Positions 28,816-37,416 of a DNA stretch of 42,643 nt are shown here, piece by piece. This stretch comes from an uncultured Alkaliflexus sp. (GTDB taxonomy: Bacteria; Bacteroidota; Bacteroidia; Bacteroidales; Marinilabiliaceae). Location: the NCBI GenBank assembly GCA_964544795.1, contig CAZJDS010000001.1, forward strand, positions 6,472-49,114. The letters run 5' to 3'. Under the pieces are notes generated by a model, which ran no database searches, had not been told where the DNA came from, and was given only the letters and a program-made list of their open reading frames with translations. The translations under genes and the position numbers were made by a program. Position 1 is the stretch's first letter; every line of letters starts with the position of its first letter.

Positions 28816-31800
28816 ATGGCAGTTGGACAAAGACTTAGTAAAGTAGCAAAAGAATTGAACGTTGGTATTACCACCATCACTGACTTCCTTCTTAAGAAGG
28901 GGGTTGAGATGGATGCGAATCCGAATACCAAAGTACCTGAAGATATTTTCGGACTTCTTAAAAAGGAGTTCCGCCAAGATCTTAATGTCAAAAAAGCTTC
29001 TGAAGAATTAATCGACCGTAAGGGCAGAGAGAAAAAGGAAGCTATTACTCTTGAGGACATTCAAGAAAAAAATCAAGAGGATGAAAAGCCACTTACTTCT
29101 CGGACCAAACACAATATGGATGTGAAAGTTGTAGGTAAAATTGATTTGGATGCACCTGCAACTCCTCAAAAAGAGAAGCCAAAAGCAGAAAAACCTGTTG
29201 AAGAGAAGTCTGTTGAGAAGCCTGTAGAAAAAGAGGCTAAGCAAAAAGAAATTGAAAAACCAATTGAGCCCAAAAAGAGCGAAAAGGCTAAACCTGAAGT
29301 TGAGCATATCCCTGTGGATTCCGGAAAGCCTATTGAACAGCCTAAAGTGTTAGGTACTATTGACCTGGAAGCTTCTAAAAAGAAACCTTCTGCCGCTATA
29401 CCAAAGGACAAACCAAAAGCAGAAGTTGAATCTTCTAAAAAAGTTGTTGAACCTTCAGCTAAGAAAGCTCCTGATGCAACAAGCGAAAAGACTCCTGCTA
29501 AACCAAAAACTCAGGAGTTGAAAACTACATCATCTAAACAAGAAAAGGAGAAGTCAAAACCCTCAGATCCTAAGACAGAAACTGAAGAAAGTAAAAAATC
29601 GAGTAGTGCCGATAATTTCAGACCTACTCAGGTGAAAAAACTTTCAGGTCCTACTGTTGTGGGTAAGATTGACTTACCTGTTGACAATCGTCCAACTAGT
29701 GAGGAACGAAAAAATAAAAGGAAGAAGCGTAAGCGGATTAAAAAAGATAAAGAGCGCGTAAATATTGCTGCTCCAGGAACTGGCAAACCAGTACCAAGAA
29801 CAGGTACTCCAACTCCAACTACTCGTAAGACGGGTGAACCAGCTAAAGAAGGTGAAAAGCGCCGACCTGTAGTTGTTAGAAAAAGACAACCTGCTAAAGT
29901 TACTAAAAGACCCGTGCGTCCTGAAGTAAGTGAGGAAGATGTAGCTAAGCAGATCAAAGAAACTTTGGCACGCTTAACATCTAGAGGAAGGTCTAAAGGG
30001 GGTGCCCGACACCGACGTGATAAACGCGAGTTGGCTTCACAACGCCACCAAGAGGAATTAGAACGTCAAGATGAAGAGAAGAAAATTCTTAGAGTAACAG
30101 AATTTGTTACTGCTAATGAAATGGCCAATTTGATGGAAGATGTGCACGTCAACCAAATTATTGCAACTTGCATGAGTTTAGGTTTATTTGTCTCCATTAA
30201 CCAGCGATTAGATGCTGAAACCATTGTACTTGTTGGTGAAGAGTTTGGTTACGAAGTCGAGTTTATTAGTGTTGATGTAGCTGAAGCTATTTCTGAAGAG
30301 GAAGACGATCCCGAGGATCTAGTTCCTCGTCCGCCTATTGTTACTGTAATGGGGCACGTGGATCATGGAAAGACTTCTCTGTTAGACTACATTCGCAAGT
30401 CAGATGTAACAGCTGGAGAAGCGGGTGGAATTACCCAACATATAGGTGCACACAGCGTATCGTTAGAAGATGGTCGGAAGATTACCTTCTTAGACACACC
30501 AGGTCACGAAGCTTTTACTGCTATGCGTGCCCGAGGTGCTCAAGTTACAGATATCGTCATCATTATTGTGGCTGCTAATGATAATGTGATGCCACAGACT
30601 GTGGAAGCTATTAATCATGCTTCTGCTGCAGGTGTTCCTATTATTTTTGCTATCAATAAAATAGATGTAGCAGGTGCTAACCCTGATAAGGTTCGCGAGT
30701 CCTTAGCGGCTATGAACTACTTGGTTGAAGAGTGGGGTGGGAAATATCAGTGCCAAGAAATTTCTGCCAAGCACGGAACCAATGTAAAGTTGCTGTTGGA
30801 GAAGATTTTACTTGAAGCTGATATGCTGGAGCTTACTGCCAATCCAGACAAAGGAGCTGTAGGTTCAGTTATTGAATCTACGTTGGATAAAGGTCGCGGT
30901 TATGTTGCCACTTTGCTTGTACAAGCAGGTACTCTAAATGAGGGTGACTTGATTCTTTCAGGAAGCCATTATGGTTTTGTTAAAGCTATGTTCAATGAAC
31001 GTAACCAAAGAGTAAAATCAGTTGGTCCTTCTGAACCCGTGTTAATTTTAGGATTAGACGGAGCTCCACAAGCTGGAGAGAAGTTTAATGTGATGAAGAA
31101 TGAGCGGGAGACAAAGGAAATTGCCGCCAAGCGCCATCAAATTCAACGTGAACAGGGTATGCGTGCTAATAAGCACATTACTTTGGATGAGATTGGCCGA
31201 CGGATTGCTATTGGCAACTTCCAGGAGTTGAACTTGATTGTTAAAGGTGATGTGGATGGTTCTATTGAAGCTCTTTCTGATTCATTGATAAAACTTTCAA
31301 CTGAAGAGATTCAAGTGAATGTGATTCATAAAGCAGTAGGTGGTATTTCAGAGTCTGACATTATGTTGGCTGCTGCATCAAATGCCATTGTAATCGGATT
31401 CCAAGTTCGTCCTTCCTTGTCGGCACGACGAATTGCTGAAAAAGAAGAGATTGACATTCGTCTATATTCGATCATTTACGATGCCATTGAAGAGATCAGA
31501 TCTGCAATGGAAGGAATGCTTTCGCCAGAGATTAAGGAGCAAATTACTGCAACTGTTGAAGTTCGAGAAACTTTCCATATTTCAAAAGTAGGAACCATTG
31601 CTGGATGTATGGTAAGGGAAGGCAAAATAAAACGCAGTTCTAAGGTGAGAGTGATTCGTGATGGAATTGTTATACATACAGGTGATTTGGGTTCTTTGAA
31701 ACGATTTAAAGATGATGTTAAAGAGGTAGCCAGTGGTTTTGAGTGTGGTTTAGACATTCAAAATTTTAACGATGTGAAAGAGGGTGACTTAATAGAAGCC

Positions 31801-31833
31801 TTTGAGCAGGTGGAAATCTCAAGAACTTTGTAA
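28816..31833 (+). CDS. infB: Translation initiation factor IF-2
   Basis: GHVDHGKTS, DTPGHEAF, NKID, KGDVDGS, LKRFKDDVKEV; ATG at 28816. Confidence 0.97.
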   Translation: MAVGQRLSKVAKELNVGITTITDFLLKKGVEMDANPNTKVPEDIFGLLKKEFRQDLNVKKASEELIDRKGREKKEAITLEDIQEKNQEDEKPLTSRTKHNMDVKVVGKIDLDAPATPQKEKPKAEKPVEEKSVEKPVEKEAKQKEIEKPIEPKKSEKAKPEVEHIPVDSGKPIEQPKVLGTIDLEASKKKPSAAIPKDKPKAEVESSKKVVEPSAKKAPDATSEKTPAKPKTQELKTTSSKQEKEKSKPSDPKTETEESKKSSSADNFRPTQVKKLSGPTVVGKIDLPVDNRPTSEERKNKRKKRKRIKKDKERVNIAAPGTGKPVPRTGTPTPTTRKTGEPAKEGEKRRPVVVRKRQPAKVTKRPVRPEVSEEDVAKQIKETLARLTSRGRSKGGARHRRDKRELASQRHQEELERQDEEKKILRVTEFVTANEMANLMEDVHVNQIIATCMSLGLFVSINQRLDAETIVLVGEEFGYEVEFISVDVAEAISEEEDDPEDLVPRPPIVTVMGHVDHGKTSLLDYIRKSDVTAGEAGGITQHIGAHSVSLEDGRKITFLDTPGHEAFTAMRARGAQVTDIVIIIVAANDNVMPQTVEAINHASAAGVPIIFAINKIDVAGANPDKVRESLAAMNYLVEEWGGKYQCQEISAKHGTNVKLLLEKILLEADMLELTANPDKGAVGSVIESTLDKGRGYVATLLVQAGTLNEGDLILSGSHYGFVKAMFNERNQRVKSVGPSEPVLILGLDGAPQAGEKFNVMKNERETKEIAAKRHQIQREQGMRANKHITLDEIGRRIAIGNFQELNLIVKGDVDGSIEALSDSLIKLSTEEIQVNVIHKAVGGISESDIMLAAASNAIVIGFQVRPSLSARRIAEKEEIDIRLYSIIYDAIEEIRSAMEGMLSPEIKEQITATVEVRETFHISKVGTIAGCMVREGKIKRSSKVRVIRDGIVIHTGDLGSLKRFKDDVKEVASGFECGLDIQNFNDVKEGDLIEAFEQVEISRTL

Positions 31834-31854
31834 AGAAGAAATGATATATAAACA

Positions 31855-31888
31855 AAAAGGGCTGTCTCAATTTTGAGACAGCCCTTTT
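31855..31888. terminator. Bidirectional intrinsic terminator
   Basis: AAAAGGGCTGTCTCAA-TT-TTGAGACAGCCCTTTT perfect inverted repeat between convergent infB and ATPase genes. Confidence 0.9.
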
Positions 31889-31944
31889 AGCTTTTTTGGT
31901 ATAGTGTGAGCTCTTTATTATCGCTCATAACTTCTTATCTTCAA

Positions 31945-33861
31945 TCAACATTCAACACAAAGCTCTCCAGTTGCAAAAGCTCTTTCATTTTTTGTTGTGA
32001 CACGACGTATTGAGCGCCTGGGTTTATAACGAACCAAACGTATGGCATTTAGAATTACCAATAGAACGCTTAATTCATGAATCAACATACCAGAAGCTAA
32101 GTTTACATTCTTTGTTAACACTCCAGCCAATAAAAGTGCCACCGTGCCGACGGCTAAAAACATATTTTGTTTCATATTACGTATGGTCGCTTTTGAAAGT
32201 TTTAAGGCGTGTGTTAATTTCTCTAGGTTATCTGCCATTAAAACCACATCCGCCGTTTCCATCGCTATATCTGTTCCTGCCACTCCCATGGCAATCCCCA
32301 CATCTGCAGTAGCTATTGCTGGTGCATCATTAACTCCATCTCCAATCATTGCCAGTTTTACTCCTTTACCCATGCAAGCCTTAATCTTATTTACTTTGTC
32401 TTCAGGAAGAAGATTGGCATAGACTTTTTCAATGCTCAATTCGTCGCCTATAATTTTTGCGGTGTGTTCATTATCACCCGTTAACATCACCAAATGTTTA
32501 ATTCCATCCGATATCAGTTGTTGGATAGTGGATTTTGCTTTATCTCTCACTTTATCTGCAATTGAAATAATCCCTAGTATTCTCTTGTTGTTTGCGACAA
32601 ACACCGCTGTATTTCCTTTCTTCTCTTGTTCTGTAGCGTATGTTTCAATCTCAGGATCTATTTCTATATTATTGTGAGAAAGCCCTTTCCGATTTCCGAT
32701 AAAGAGCGCATTTCCGTTGAGCGTCACTTCGATTCCACGTCCTTTAAGAACTGTGGTTTCTGTAGGTTTATTTACAAGCTTCAAACCTTTCTGATCAGCC
32801 TCTTTTACAATGGCTCTTCCTAAGTGGTGTTCGGAGACTACTTCAGCTTCAGCAGCCATTAACAATAGCTCATCTTTGCTTATACCGAATGATTTTATGG
32901 CTGTTACCGCTGGTTTTCCTTGAGTTAGAGTTCCTGTTTTATCAAAAACTACAGCATTAATCTTTGCTAGGTTTTCCATTACCTCACCACCTTTAATTAA
33001 AATCCCATTGCGTGCGCCGTTACCGATTCCTGCAACAATTGAAACTGGTGCAGAAATTACCAATGCGCCAGGACAAGCAATTACTAAAAAAGTAAGAGAT
33101 AGATGAATATCCTGCGTTACAATCCAGACTAGAGCAGAAAGCAGCATTATTCCGGGAGTATAGATTGCAGCAAACTTTTCAAGAAACCTCTGGGTTTTAG
33201 CTTTTCCCTCTTGTGCTTCTTCTACTAATTCAATGATTTTTGAAAATGTGGTCTCTTCTCCTACACTTTCTGCCACTACTTCCAAGTAACCGCTATCCAA
33301 TATACTTCCACTAAACACCTTGTCATCTATGCTTTTGCTTACAGGTACTGATTCTCCTGTAATAGCTGCTTCATTTACAGACGCTCTTCCTGAAGTTATT
33401 CGTCCATCTATAGGTATCTTTTCTCCAGTTTGAATGATGACGAGATCGTTTTTAATCACCTCTTCTGCCCTTATTACAGAACGGATGCCATCGCGAAGAA
33501 CAGTAGCCTGGAGAGGTGCCATATCCATAAGTGACCTGAGTGAGGAGCGTGCTTTATTCAAAGATCGGCCTTCTAAAAATGCACCAAAGAGAAATAGAAA
33601 GGTGACAGCAGCTGATTCAAAATACTCTCCAATGATCAGAGCGCCTACTACAGCGATTGTTACAAGCAGCTCGATACTAAACATTTTTAGTCGAGCTGCT
33701 TGCCAAGCTTTTAGAAAAGTTGGAAATCCAGCGACCAATGAAGCTATAATTAAAAGTAGGTTTAATAGCATCTCACTTCCATTAAATAAATAGGAAGTTA
33801 AAGCACCTATAAGTAAGATGCCTGCAGCATACATTATTTTGTTTATTTGTTTAGCCTTCAT
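31945..33861 (-). CDS. Heavy-metal translocating P1B-type ATPase without N-terminal metal-binding domain
   Basis: TGES, ACPGAL, DKTGTLT, SEHHLG, MLTGDN, GDGVNDAP, HELS in last TM; ATG at 33861. Confidence 0.93.
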   Translation of the reverse strand: MKAKQINKIMYAAGILLIGALTSYLFNGSEMLLNLLLIIASLVAGFPTFLKAWQAARLKMFSIELLVTIAVVGALIIGEYFESAAVTFLFLFGAFLEGRSLNKARSSLRSLMDMAPLQATVLRDGIRSVIRAEEVIKNDLVIIQTGEKIPIDGRITSGRASVNEAAITGESVPVSKSIDDKVFSGSILDSGYLEVVAESVGEETTFSKIIELVEEAQEGKAKTQRFLEKFAAIYTPGIMLLSALVWIVTQDIHLSLTFLVIACPGALVISAPVSIVAGIGNGARNGILIKGGEVMENLAKINAVVFDKTGTLTQGKPAVTAIKSFGISKDELLLMAAEAEVVSEHHLGRAIVKEADQKGLKLVNKPTETTVLKGRGIEVTLNGNALFIGNRKGLSHNNIEIDPEIETYATEQEKKGNTAVFVANNKRILGIISIADKVRDKAKSTIQQLISDGIKHLVMLTGDNEHTAKIIGDELSIEKVYANLLPEDKVNKIKACMGKGVKLAMIGDGVNDAPAIATADVGIAMGVAGTDIAMETADVVLMADNLEKLTHALKLSKATIRNMKQNMFLAVGTVALLLAGVLTKNVNLASGMLIHELSVLLVILNAIRLVRYKPRRSIRRVTTKNERAFATGELCVEC

Positions 33862-33882
33862 GATCAAAACTGTTTTTTATAT

Positions 33883-34095
33883 TTAGGACGACAATATTGG
33901 GAATCCAACTTTCTCAATAATTTTTCTCAATTTTTCAGAAGAAACCTCTTCTTTGTTGTACTTTACTTTTACTTTGCTGGAATTAAAGAGAACTTTCGCC
34001 TCTTTAACTCCTACCTCTCTGGATAAAACACCTTCTATCTTTACGATACAGCTTGGACAGGTAAGTGTCTCCAGTTGAAAATTCACTGTTTCCAT
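33883..34095 (-). CDS. HMA-domain metallochaperone (CopZ-like)
   Basis: 70 aa from ATG 34095 with LTCPSC (CxxC) motif and ferredoxin-like pattern. Confidence 0.88.
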   Translation of the reverse strand: METVNFQLETLTCPSCIVKIEGVLSREVGVKEAKVLFNSSKVKVKYNKEEVSSEKLRKIIEKVGFPILSS

Positions 34096-34155
34096 ATCAG
34101 TTATTTTATTAGTTACTTTTACTTTATAGATCAAACCCTATTTTACAGTTCGATA

Positions 34156-34806
34156 TTAATGGTTATGACCATTACCTTCCGAATGGGAAATTTCTCCGTG
34201 CAATATGTGCTCTAAGGCTTCCAGAGTGTGCGTGTATTCTACATAAGCTACAACATACGCTCTACCTTCTTCTACAGAGTTGTCTTTTGTCTTACTAAGC
34301 TCTATGGCTTTTGTGTACTTTTCTTGCAGTACCTCTTTTAGATGACTAGTTACAATGTTGATCACCTCGTTAACTTCTTTTTTAGCTAAAGAGTTGTCGG
34401 CCATCTCAACCAGTTTAGTCATAGAACCTACTGGTTTCAAACCGGTGTAGGAAGCTCCTTCTCCTTCTCTGTGCAGACGAACTAGAGTTTCAAGAAAACT
34501 TGTTTCTAAAATCTCGTTGATCTCTTTGTTCTTACCTTTTAGTTTTAGAGTTTGCTTGAATTTATCGGTAATTTCTTTCTCATACTTTGGTTCTACCCAT
34601 TTAAGCACCAATTCAACTTTGTTTTGTTCTAAAGCCATCAATGCATCTTTTATAACGGGACCATCGTAAGAGTCACAGTGTGCCGACGCGGGCAGAGCAG
34701 CGAATAGCATAAATGCCGTTACTAAAAGTGTAGGTAGATTGAATTTGAAAAACCTTCCTACTTTAGCAATTGTTTTTAGTGATGTTGTTCTTTCTTTTGT
34801 TTTCAT
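34156..34806 (-). CDS. Secreted DUF6448-like protein, probably metal-binding
   Basis: Signal peptide ending ASA, then HCDSYDGPV; ETLVRLHREGEGA.YTGLKP; His-rich C-terminus. Family name recalled from memory. Confidence 0.75.
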   Translation of the reverse strand: MKTKERTTSLKTIAKVGRFFKFNLPTLLVTAFMLFAALPASAHCDSYDGPVIKDALMALEQNKVELVLKWVEPKYEKEITDKFKQTLKLKGKNKEINEILETSFLETLVRLHREGEGASYTGLKPVGSMTKLVEMADNSLAKKEVNEVINIVTSHLKEVLQEKYTKAIELSKTKDNSVEEGRAYVVAYVEYTHTLEALEHILHGEISHSEGNGHNH

Positions 34807-34858
34807 GATTAAATCTTTTTTAGATTAATAAATAAATTAACTTCGATTTGATTGAAAA

Positions 34859-34866
34859 CAAATGTA
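34859..34866 (-). promoter_or_regulatory. Sigma-A -7 element for the DUF6448-HMA-ATPase operon
   Basis: Reverse complement reads TACATTTG, about 52 nt upstream of the ATG. Confidence 0.55.
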
Positions 34867-34978
34867 GGATATAGGGTACACCTGTGCGACCTATATTGTA
34901 AAATGGCACCGATTGAGAGAGAGCGACAAGTCTCAACTTATAAAGTAGGTCTTAAATATTTATGCAAAGTTTTGATCT

Positions 34979-36109
34979 TTAGGAATTTGAGATAGAGTTG
35001 CGAAATTGGCTGGGAGTTTTGCCAGCAACCTTTTTAAAAACGCGATTGAAGGCTGATTTTGAGTTGAAGCCACTTTCGTATGCAATTCCTAATAGCGAGT
35101 AGTTGTGAAATTTCTCATCCTGTATCTTTTTCTTTACCTCTTCTACACGAAATTGATTAATGAAATCGAAAAAGTTCCGTCCGTGCATTTCATTAATTAC
35201 TTGCGAAAGATGGTGGGTAGAGACTTCCAATCCTTCAGCAAGCTTTGGTAAAGTTAAATCAGGATCCAAATAGGGTCTTTCACTCTTCATGTAATTTTCT
35301 ATGTCCTTGAAGCATTTTTGGAGTTCATCACCTTCCAATCTTGAAGCAGCATATTTAATTCTATTTGTAGCAACTGGATTTTCAACCTCTTCAATTCCAT
35401 GGCTGATGAAAACTTCTTTTTGATTCAAACCAAAATATCCGATGAGAATGATAAATGCTGAAAGTGATAGAAATAAACCGTTGGTACAAAACACCATAGA
35501 AAAAAAATGGAAAACATGATGAATTGCTGCAATCAGAATTAAAATAGTCCATATAATTCCAAAAATAAGAATTAGTTTACCCAACCAATCCAAATTGATG
35601 TCCCTTGAGGTAAAATCTTCTGTTGATTCTTTGATTTGCTTAAATCGTCTATAGGCTAAAAAGAAGTACAATGGGCCAGATAGTGCTGTTGCAATAAGAA
35701 ATAGCATAAAAATAATTGGGGGTTCAACCCCTCCTGAAGTATGATCTACATTGATTCCCTCCGAGTAAGTGGGGAATTGAGAAGCAATGATTAAATAGAG
35801 TATAAATGCTATGAAAGGGGCGAAGTGTCCAAGCTTTTTAATCTGATAAGGCTTTTTACTTGAGATGAGTGAATTCACATATAAGTACATAAAAGGGCCG
35901 TGTAACAGGAATAGTCCAATTACACCACTGGATAAAATGGGCGCATTGGAAAAGTGATCCATTGTAAATGCGTAAATAGTTGTGGCAATACCCAGATAAA
36001 GAAGCCAGTAAATTAAGATTCGATCATGTAGCAATTTTGGCTTTTTCTGAAGAAGTAAGCCTAAAAAGAAAAATGCATTGAAAGAAGCTATAAAAAAAAT
36101 GTAGGTCAT
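34979..36109 (-). CDS. AraC-family regulator with multi-TM N-terminal sensor domain
   Basis: Six to seven hydrophobic segments; YLDPDLTL..LA, HHLSQVIN, NFFDFINQFRV, IAYESGFNSKSAFNRVFKK. Confidence 0.92.
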   Translation of the reverse strand: MTYIFFIASFNAFFFLGLLLQKKPKLLHDRILIYWLLYLGIATTIYAFTMDHFSNAPILSSGVIGLFLLHGPFMYLYVNSLISSKKPYQIKKLGHFAPFIAFILYLIIASQFPTYSEGINVDHTSGGVEPPIIFMLFLIATALSGPLYFFLAYRRFKQIKESTEDFTSRDINLDWLGKLILIFGIIWTILILIAAIHHVFHFFSMVFCTNGLFLSLSAFIILIGYFGLNQKEVFISHGIEEVENPVATNRIKYAASRLEGDELQKCFKDIENYMKSERPYLDPDLTLPKLAEGLEVSTHHLSQVINEMHGRNFFDFINQFRVEEVKKKIQDEKFHNYSLLGIAYESGFNSKSAFNRVFKKVAGKTPSQFRNSISNS

Positions 36110-36224
36110 CGTTCTTATATTTCTAAAGAATGAAGTTCAATAATTTCAGTCGGTGTAACAAAAAAAGATAAATATTCCTTCCAAAACTAAGCTAATTTAT
36201 CTGCATTTCAAGGGGATGTTTCTT

Positions 36225-36573
36225 TCATTTGAATATGTTTTTTGTTCTGTTCACTCCTCTTCCTATGTTTTTGAAAATGCCAAACTTCTCAACCAATTCT
36301 GCTAAATCTCTTGTTGCAGCTCGTTTAGCTATTGAATTTAGCTCTTGATGTTCTTTACTTGTGATTTTTCATTTTTCTTTCACATACTCGACGGCTTTGA
36401 GTTGTCGTTCATTTAAACCAAGTTTCGTTAGCTGTTCAGCAGTAAAGTTGTTTTTGAAGAGTGTTACCCACAAACCGCCATCTCTCTCTATTATCTCGGA
36501 TTTCGGGAAGTCCAGCTTGTTTGTAGAATTCTATAATTTTGATTGTGCCATGCCCCAAAGCATCTATTAAACC
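36225..36573 (-). pseudogene. Decayed C-terminal remnant of an HATPase_c_4-wHTH (RecG-like regulator) gene
   Basis: Manual translation: GLIDALGHGTIKIIEFYKQAGLPE, frameshift near 36500, then EIIERDGGLWVTLFKN...LGLNERQLKAVEYVKEK*KITSKEHQELNSIAKRAATRDLAELVEK, with an in-frame TGA at 36369-36371 and no 5' part. Confidence 0.75.
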
Positions 36574-36716
36574 GCTTATGCCTTAGCAAGGTATCATACC
36601 TATTGATGCGGTTATTTTATTTTTTATTTATGGTCGCTCTGAACTTTGTTTCAGATAATCATCGTGCCAAGCACTTTTATATTCTATATTTTGTTGTTCG
36701 GGCATAACTTAATATT

Positions 36717-37415
36717 TTATGATATAGGTAACTGATTCAACTCCTTTTTTCTCAATTGCCAATTGGGCATATACTTATTCATTAATAGAATAAAACTCTT
36801 ATTGTGCTTGCGTTCTTTTAGATGAACAAGTTCGTGAACAACAATATATTCGATACAGTTTTTTGGTTTTTTAGCCAATTCAATATTAAACCATATCGTT
36901 CTTGCCAAATCATTACAGCTGCCCCATTTAGTTTTTACTTTTCTAATCCCAAAGCTTTTAACGGAAACGCCAATTTCACGTTCATAAAAAGCAACTTTTT
37001 CAGATAAGAACAAACGAAGTTCCTTGCGATACCATTGATACAATTTATTTTTTATAAACTCTTTATCATTTACGTCGGGGACAATAATTTCAATTTTACT
37101 GTGATGCAAAATAACTTTTGACTTTTTATCGGATTCAGTAACTTTCAATAAATAACGCTTCCCAAAAAAATAATGACTTTCATTGGTTACATACAGATAT
37201 TCAGGCTCTCTTTTTTGAGCGATTATTTTTTTCCTTTCCCGCCTGATCCACCCTAATTTTGTTGTTATATAAACGCGCAGATGTTCCATTTCCATTTCTT
37301 TGGGTGCAGATAGCGTAACCCTTCCTAAAGGCGGATGCACCCGTAAATGAACATTCTTGATGTTTTTGAACGAAAGTTCTACTTCTATATCATTGAATTT
37401 TAAAACTTCCTGCAC
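36717..37415 (-). CDS. YgjP/SprT-like (DUF45, M48-type) zinc metallohydrolase associated with type I R-M
   Basis: KTKWGSCN, IEYIVVHELVHL (HExxH), HNKSF; GTG start 1 nt after the hsdR C-terminal fragment. Confidence 0.9.
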   Translation of the reverse strand: MQEVLKFNDIEVELSFKNIKNVHLRVHPPLGRVTLSAPKEMEMEHLRVYITTKLGWIRRERKKIIAQKREPEYLYVTNESHYFFGKRYLLKVTESDKKSKVILHHSKIEIIVPDVNDKEFIKNKLYQWYRKELRLFLSEKVAFYEREIGVSVKSFGIRKVKTKWGSCNDLARTIWFNIELAKKPKNCIEYIVVHELVHLKERKHNKSFILLMNKYMPNWQLRKKELNQLPIS

Positions 37416-37416
37416 C

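Noticed and set aside
29100-29950. Low-complexity K/E/P region and three V(V/L)G(K/T)IDL repeats in IF-2
   Set aside because: Normal feature of the variable N-terminus of Bacteroidota IF-2.
36574-36716. Short palindromes (AGGTAT-C-ATACCT) and a GTTATGC-like site as a possible attC or IS end
   Set aside because: No matching partner site, no extended fold-back and no integrase or transposase in the window.
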